In this document: piece after piece, positions 58,024 to 64,000 of the stretch
How the letters are laid out: each line of letters opens with the position of its first letter
How positions within the stretch are numbered: position 1 is the stretch's first letter
Source: a bacterium
GTDB lineage: Bacteria; Hydrothermota; 32-111
Length of the DNA: 64,000 nucleotides
NCBI GenBank assembly: GCA_050239825.1
Contig: JBFXGO010000004.1
Span: 9,075-73,074 of the forward strand
Direction of reading: 5' to 3'
The notes under the pieces: model-generated
What the model saw: only the letters and a program-made list of their open reading frames with translations
What the model was told of the DNA's origin: nothing
Database searches by the model: none
Made by a program: the position numbers and the translations under genes

Positions 58024-60201
58024 GTGAAAAAAGTTATTTTTATTATCATTATTATTGCTTCAGCATTGTTTGTTTTTGCTTCAAATGAGAGACCATTCAG
58101 AGAAGAGGATATGCTTCTTGCTAACTTTGAACAACCGGAAGATTACAATCAACCCAACTGGGCGACAGATAGTTTGAATGTAAGGGGAGTAGGAATTTAT
58201 CCTTTCTTTGGAGATGCATATGATGTTTTCATCGTAGATACATTAGCGTATTCTTGCATGAATAATTATCTAGTAGTGTTAAATGTTAAGAACAAAGCAA
58301 ATCCTTTTTTGGTAGGTTATTTTAGTTTACCGGGTTATGCTTATGGTGTCTATGTTTCAGGAGATTATGCGTATGTTGCTGATGAGGATTATGGTTTACA
58401 GATAATAGATATCTCAAATCCTTCAAGCCCAACCCTTGCAGGGAGCTATGATACACCGAGTTATGCTTATAGTGTCTATGTTTCAGGCAGTTATGCCTAT
58501 GTTGCTGATGAGGGTTATGGTTTACAGATAATAGATATCTCAAATCCTTCAAGCCCAACCCTAACAGGAAGCTATGATACACCGGATTATGCAAGGGGTG
58601 TCTATGTCTCAGGAGATTATGCCTATGTTGCTGATGATAGTTCTGGTTTACAGATAATAGATATCTCAAATCCCATAAGCCCAACCCTTGCAGGGAACTA
58701 TGATACACCGGATCATGCATGGGGTGTCTATGTTTCAGGCAGTTATGCCTATGTTGCTGATGGTTATTCTGGTTTACAGATAATAGATATCTCAAATCCT
58801 TCAAGCCCAACACTTGCAGGGAGCTATGATACACCGGGTTATGCATTGGGTGTCTATGTTTCAGGCAGTTATGCCTATGTTGCTGATGCTGATTATGGTT
58901 TACAGATAATAGATATCTCAAATCCTTCAAGCCCAACCCTTACAGGGAGCTATGAAACACAGGGTTATGCTTATGGTGTCTATGTATCAGGCAGTTATGC
59001 CTATGTTGCTGATTATGATTATGGTTTACAGGTAATAGATATCTCAAATCCTTCAAGCCCAACCCTTACAGGGAGCTATGATACACCGGGTTATGCATGG
59101 GGTGTCTATGTTTCAGGCAGTTATGCCTATGTTACTGATCGTAATTCAGGTCTACAGATAATCAACATCTCTGACCCCACAAGCCCAACACTTGCAGAGA
59201 GCTATGATACACCGGGGTGGGCTTATGGTGTCTATGTTTCCGGCAGTTATGCCTATGTTGCTGATGATGATTATGGTTTACAGATAATAGATATCTCAAA
59301 TCCTTCAAGCCCAACTCTTGCAGGAAGCTATGATACACCGGGGAATGCTATAGGTGTCTATGTATCAGGCAGTTATGCCTATGTTACTGATCGTAATTCA
59401 GGTCTACAGATAATCAACATCTCTGACCCCACAAGCCCAACACTTACAGGAAACTATGATACACCGGGGATTGCAAGGGGTGTCTATGTTTCAGGAGATT
59501 ATGCCTATGTTGCTGATGATGATTATGGTTTACGGATAATAGATATCTCAAATCCTTCAAGCCCAACCCTTGCAGGGAGCTATGATACACCGGGGAATGC
59601 TATAGGTGTCTATGTTTTAGGCAGTTATGCCTATGTTACTGATCGTAATTCAAGTCTACAGATAATCAACATCTCTGACCCCACAAGCCCAACACTTGCA
59701 GGGAGCTATGATACACTGGGGTGGGCTTATGGTGTCTATGTTTCAGGAGATTATGCCTATGTTGCTGATGATTATGATGGTTTACAAATAATAGATATCT
59801 CAAATCCTTCAAACCCAACACTTGCAGGGAGCTATGATACACCGGGTTATGCTGAGGGTGTCTATGTTTCAGGAGATTATGCCTATGTTGCTGATTATAG
59901 CGCATTATATATTTTAGAGTTTGATCCTTCTATGGGAGTAACAGAAAAGTTTGTTGAAGAGAAGCAAGATAAAGGGAATCATAAGATGGATATACTACAG
60001 AATGAAATAAGGTATACAAATTCAACAGGGGATAACAAATTTTCTGTATATGATATAAATGGCAAGGAAGTATATAGAGCGAAAGAGACAAGGATAGGTC
60101 AGCACAGCTACTCAACAGAACACCTTTCATCAGGCATATACTTCATAAGATTCAGAGACGGAGAGACACAGATAAACAGAAAGATGGTGATAATAAGGTA
60201 G
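58024..60201 (+). CDS. Secreted LVIVD-repeat beta-propeller protein with a T9SS-type C-terminal sorting domain
   Basis: Signal peptide; 13 copies of a 42-aa repeat plus one degenerate copy; VYDINGKEV...LSSGIYFIR...KMVIIR. Confidence 0.92.
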   Translation: MKKVIFIIIIIASALFVFASNERPFREEDMLLANFEQPEDYNQPNWATDSLNVRGVGIYPFFGDAYDVFIVDTLAYSCMNNYLVVLNVKNKANPFLVGYFSLPGYAYGVYVSGDYAYVADEDYGLQIIDISNPSSPTLAGSYDTPSYAYSVYVSGSYAYVADEGYGLQIIDISNPSSPTLTGSYDTPDYARGVYVSGDYAYVADDSSGLQIIDISNPISPTLAGNYDTPDHAWGVYVSGSYAYVADGYSGLQIIDISNPSSPTLAGSYDTPGYALGVYVSGSYAYVADADYGLQIIDISNPSSPTLTGSYETQGYAYGVYVSGSYAYVADYDYGLQVIDISNPSSPTLTGSYDTPGYAWGVYVSGSYAYVTDRNSGLQIINISDPTSPTLAESYDTPGWAYGVYVSGSYAYVADDDYGLQIIDISNPSSPTLAGSYDTPGNAIGVYVSGSYAYVTDRNSGLQIINISDPTSPTLTGNYDTPGIARGVYVSGDYAYVADDDYGLRIIDISNPSSPTLAGSYDTPGNAIGVYVLGSYAYVTDRNSSLQIINISDPTSPTLAGSYDTLGWAYGVYVSGDYAYVADDYDGLQIIDISNPSNPTLAGSYDTPGYAEGVYVSGDYAYVADYSALYILEFDPSMGVTEKFVEEKQDKGNHKMDILQNEIRYTNSTGDNKFSVYDINGKEVYRAKETRIGQHSYSTEHLSSGIYFIRFRDGETQINRKMVIIR
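58329..59900 (+). repeat. In-frame 126 bp tandem repeats
   Basis: GTCTATGTTTCAGG...GCCTATGTTGCTGAT...ATAGATATCTCAAATCCTTCAAGCCCAAC recurs every 126 bp. Confidence 0.95.
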
Positions 60202-60237
60202 AACGGAAAAAGGTAAAAGAGAAAGCAGTTTTCCCGC

Positions 60238-60277
60238 AGAGGGCGGTTTAAGTTTAAAAGCCGCCCTCTCTCTTTTT
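60238..60277 (+). terminator. Intrinsic terminator after the LVIVD gene
   Basis: AGAGGGCGGTTT...AAAGCCGCCCTCT-CTCTTTTT. Confidence 0.7.
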
Positions 60278-60443
60278 CCCCGAGGTGTTCCAAGTCCCCG
60301 TTCAATATACCCATTAGCATAATCATCATTACTTGACAGATATATCTCTCGCTCACTCTTCATTATTCGGTTCAATGTCTCCTTCTCATTAATCTTATTA
60401 TATTCCACTCCTATTAATTTTACACATCTTTTGTTATACTCCC
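60278..60443 (-). mobile_element. Left-end remnant of an IS256-family element
   Basis: GGGAGTATAACAAAAGATGTGTAAAA resembles IS256 terminal IRs; the fragment IMKSEREIYL...NGYIERGLGTPRG resembles the IS256 transposase N-terminus. Confidence 0.65.
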
Positions 60444-60940
60444 GCGAGCGGTTTTGCATATTTAACAGCAGTGATAGATTGGTACAGCAGGAGAGTCTTG
60501 AGCTGGAGATTGAGCAACACATTGGATAACTCCTTTTGCAAGAATGCGGTTAAAGAGGCATTGTGCATTTATGGAAAGCCTGAAGTATTTAATACGGATC
60601 AGGGGTCTCAGTATACGGCAAATGACTTTACAAAGATACTTGAAGATAAGAAGATAAAGATAAGCATGGACGGCAAGGGTCGTGCTGTGGATAATATCTT
60701 CATAGAGCGGTTGTGGAGAACAGTTAAATATGAGCATGCTTATATCTGGAGGTTTGATACGATTAAGGAGCTAAGAGAAGGACTAAAAGATTACTTTGAT
60801 TACTATAACAATAAAAGAGAGCATCAATCATTAGGATACAAAACTCCATCTGAAGTTTATGGAGGTATTACGAATGTTCAAACAGCTTAACAATAAACAC
60901 AATTTATCAAAATCTTGTGTCTTGACAAGAGAGCCATTAT
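60444..60940 (+). mobile_element. IS3-family remnant: C-terminal integrase core and right end
   Basis: GFAYLTAVIDWYSR, FNTDQGSQY, DNIFIERLWRTVKYE, YNNKREHQSLGYKTP; IR-like TGTCTTGACAAGAGAGCCATTAT. 5' part absent. Confidence 0.9.
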
Positions 60941-61564
60941 CGTGACTGCATTGGGCGCAGCATCAGTCTTTATGCTCAAGTCATTCAATCAAAGGGTCAC
61001 TGATGTGATGCTCGGTTTTGCGGCAGGCGTCATGATGGCGGCAAGCGTCTGGTCGCTTCTTCTCCCTTCGATAGAGATGTCCGAAAGAGTCGGATACGCG
61101 AAATGGTTCCCTCCACTGACAGGATTTCTTCTCGGGGCGGCATTTCTCAGGATACTCGACAGGTTAATGCCCCACCTTCACATAGGATTCACACAGCCGG
61201 AGGGGGTAAATACATCACTAAAAAAACAGTGGCTTCTCTTTCTTGCGATAACCCTTCATAACATACCCGAAGGACTCGCTGTGGGTGTGGCTTTCGGCTC
61301 CCTTGCCTCCAATTCATCCGCTCAAAGCATCGAAGGCGCAATGGCTCTTGCTCTCGGAATAGCAATTCAGAATTTTCCGGAGGGGGTCGCAGTAGCTCTT
61401 CCCCTCTTCCCTTTGCCCTTTCATTTGCCGCAGGAGCCATGATATATGTGGTGGTAGAGGAGGTTATTCCTGAAAGCCAGAACAATGGAAATACTGATAT
61501 CGCCACCCTTGCTACAATAGCCGGCTTTGCAGTTATGATGCTTTTGGATGTTGCTCTGGGTTAG
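60941..61564 (+). pseudogene. ZIP (ZupT/GufA) metal transporter pseudogene
   Basis: Begins mid-TM1 (VTALGAA). HNIPEG and QNFPEG are present. After VALPL the frame shifts; [23 protein letters not shown]...LDVALG* lies in another frame with the intervening segment missing. Confidence 0.88.
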
Positions 61565-61583
61565 ATTATATCTATTTTCATTT

Positions 61584-64000
61584 CTACAAAATTATTCTCA
61601 ATCGAACTTCAAATTCAAGAATTTTATAAAATTTAGTAATCTGATAATTGCCGCTTGTTGAGAACTCAAAGGCATTCTTTCTGAAATTCAGATTTATCCC
61701 CACTCTTTGCCTGTTTTGATTTGACGAACCGGAATAGTATGATGTCGAGTATATAAATCCTCCGCTTCCATAACCGTATATTGCATAAGATAGTCCGATT
61801 TGAGGATTTGCAATGAGTATATTTACAGGTTCATCATCTCTCTCCACGTCCGGATCCGTTCCCCGTCTCTTCTCAAGGGTGAATTTTCCATCCAAATCCA
61901 ATCCCTCAATGAGTTTTCTCCCAAAGCCGATATATCCCGAATGGGAAACCGCGTTCAAAGGAATAGAATCCGGTATTGTCCTGACATTAACGGCATAGAT
62001 GTAACCCATATTTGCCCTTCCCACTGTAAATGATCTGGCAGACTCAATCCCTAACTCAAAATCCCTCTGATTCACTTCATTTGAAACCGTGTCAACCTCT
62101 TCCGTATATGAAACCGGTATATAGCTCATCGTAAGCCCTTTGTTCTCAGCATATTTTTCATTTATTTTAAGAGTATATTTCCCCACCGGCTTGGGAATGA
62201 CGGCGGAATTCACATAGAATCTGGCATTGTCGGAGAGAAGTTCATTTCCTGCTCCCTCGGAATAATTGAGATATTTCCCGTTTCCGCTCTCAATTGATAT
62301 CTGTCCAAAAGATGCATTCAGATTGGCATAACCACCGTTAATGTAATTCTTCTGATACATAAAACCGCTTTCAGTGCCCCTTGCAAGAAGTATGTTGTTG
62401 TTTGCACCGACCGTAAAACCTTTTAACGGTGCGGATGAAACCGAATTAAGGATATTATACTTTATTCTGCTCTCTCCGATGCTGTCCAAATAAGAATACC
62501 CGCTGTTGATTTCGGAGTTTACCTTTGTGTTCATTCGTATGTAATTTTTAATCTTCCAACCGACATTTCCACCCAACGTTAAAACCCTGCTATTTGCAGA
62601 GAACAAATATGAGCCGTTCAGTATGGCGTTTAATACCTCGCCTGCATTGTATGATACACCGCAGTCAAAGGCATAATTTTGCGCAAGGCTGTCAGCAAAT
62701 GTCCTTCTCTCTCCCATTACAGAGCCCTTCAAGCCGAATTTGTCATTCGCTTTATAGGCATCGCCGACCTCAATTTTATCGGAAAGATAGCTGTTCTCAA
62801 CAGTGTCTTTCCATTCCGAACGTTTTCCCGAATCTCCCTTTATATATACAGCATTTCCTGCAATATCATTTGAATATATTGCCCTGTTTCCTCTGTATTC
62901 GGTATTGTATGTGTCGTTTACCGAGCTGAAACTGCTTATGTATGAATATTCAACTGAACCCGCCCTTCTCATGTTTACATCTGCTCCCGCATCCCAGCTT
63001 CTCTCATCCGATTCCTCGCTGAAATTTCTTGCGTTTCCTGCATTCAAAGAGCTCCAGTCGGTTATTTTAAAAAGACCGTCAAAATTCAAATTTGTTATCT
63101 CCCTGTTTCCCGTCTCTCCTATTCTTTTGAAGTCGCCGAAACTCTTATATGCGTTGCCGATTGCGGAGAATCCCCATATTTGGGCAAGCGCCTTTGCGTT
63201 TATTCCGTTGCCTGAAAATTTTAGTGTATCTCCGTTATCAATAACATTTGTCAGATATGTCATTTCTATCAGATTTGATTCATTTAGTGAACCGCCCACC
63301 CTTCCTCCGATAACGTAATAATTGCTGAAAACAGTATCCGATACTGTGTCCCTTCTTGAGTATGTGCCTCCGAAGCTCATGCCTCCATATATATTTTTCC
63401 CCTTTAGATTCCCGGATAAACTGTAATCCGCTCTTTTTGCTGACAACAGAGATTGAATGTAATATTCAACAGTCAGTCTCTGGTCGTCCTTCAGTATGTC
63501 GTTTGTTCTTATTGTGCCTAATCTATAGTCAATTGTATAATCCCTTCCGTTCATAAGCTCACGGCTTCCGCTGTTGTCGGTCAAAGTAACAGTCTCGGAC
63601 ATTGGCATAATTGGATAGCCACTCAGCCTGAACGGCCCCTGAGTATTCTCTCCTTCAAAATAATCCCTTCCGTAGGTTCCGAGAGGTATGCCCAATCCGC
63701 ATCCGGCATCCCACCCTTCTTCGGCGTATTTTCCCTTCATTACCGCGGACTCTCCGCCGCCGTAGGAATCATCATACCCTATATTGCCGGAATTACCTAA
63801 TTCAACTTCCCACCTCTCTCCGAATGCCTTAATATTCACCATATCCGGACTCTCTAACCTGCTGTCATTTCTTATTATTCCGTCAATCTCGGATGATTCC
63901 CCGAACTTCCCCTTTATCGACAAATTAAGGCTGTAATCTCTGTTGCTGTAAGGATAATAGTCGGAAACACTGCCGCTTAATATACTTCGGCTTATATATC
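61584..64000 (-). CDS. Large putative outer-membrane beta-barrel protein, 5' end outside the window
   Basis: Frame stays open from 63923 to the window end; alternating amphipathic strands; DYTIDYRLG motif. Confidence 0.7.
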   Translation of the reverse strand, partial: YISRSILSGSVSDYYPYSNRDYSLNLSIKGKFGESSEIDGIIRNDSRLESPDMVNIKAFGERWEVELGNSGNIGYDDSYGGGESAVMKGKYAEEGWDAGCGLGIPLGTYGRDYFEGENTQGPFRLSGYPIMPMSETVTLTDNSGSRELMNGRDYTIDYRLGTIRTNDILKDDQRLTVEYYIQSLLSAKRADYSLSGNLKGKNIYGGMSFGGTYSRRDTVSDTVFSNYYVIGGRVGGSLNESNLIEMTYLTNVIDNGDTLKFSGNGINAKALAQIWGFSAIGNAYKSFGDFKRIGETGNREITNLNFDGLFKITDWSSLNAGNARNFSEESDERSWDAGADVNMRRAGSVEYSYISSFSSVNDTYNTEYRGNRAIYSNDIAGNAVYIKGDSGKRSEWKDTVENSYLSDKIEVGDAYKANDKFGLKGSVMGERRTFADSLAQNYAFDCGVSYNAGEVLNAILNGSYLFSANSRVLTLGGNVGWKIKNYIRMNTKVNSEINSGYSYLDSIGESRIKYNILNSVSSAPLKGFTVGANNNILLARGTESGFMYQKNYINGGYANLNASFGQISIESGNGKYLNYSEGAGNELLSDNARFYVNSAVIPKPVGKYTLKINEKYAENKGLTMSYIPVSYTEEVDTVSNEVNQRDFELGIESARSFTVGRANMGYIYAVNVRTIPDSIPLNAVSHSGYIGFGRKLIEGLDLDGKFTLEKRRGTDPDVERDDEPVNILIANPQIGLSYAIYGYGSGGFIYSTSYYSGSSNQNRQRVGINLNFRKNAFEFSTSGNYQITKFYKILEFEVRLRIIL

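Noticed and set aside
58322..59905. His/Gln-rich antisense ORFs
   Set aside because: Shadow frames of the LVIVD tandem repeats.
60915..61442. 175 aa ZIP ORF as an intact gene
   Set aside because: The N-terminus comes from the IS end and the C-terminus is out of frame, so it is a pseudogene.

Overview
Bacterial chromosomal window using the standard genetic code, mostly long minus-strand housekeeping operons: recG, dapF-ridA-argF, def-aspS-hisS, uppP, dnaG-rpoD, and a TPP-riboswitch thi4-thiE-thiC operon. It also has a degP-sigma-M23 operon, an ECF sigma/anti-sigma cluster, tRNA-Thr(CGT), and a six-gene hydrogenase-4-like complex lacking Ni-binding cysteines (Ehr type) led by an HTH-PTS EIIA regulator. 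The gene content suggests an anaerobic diderm, possibly an FCB-related candidate phylum such as WOR-3/TA06 (inference only). The least explained non-coding feature is a 1.2 kb array of structured modular repeats (48.4-49.6 kb) whose modules recur on the far side of the Ehr operon. Also unexplained are a 307 bp segment bounded by perfect 30 bp inverted repeats upstream of a GGDEF-P-loop-TPR gene, and a sigma factor gene that appears to start at ATA. Among proteins, an LVIVD propeller has variation focused at two sites per repeat, and a zinc-ribbon protein carries a RomX-like domain. A nest of IS256/IS3 remnants disrupts a ZIP transporter. All calls come from reading motifs by eye; no searches were run.
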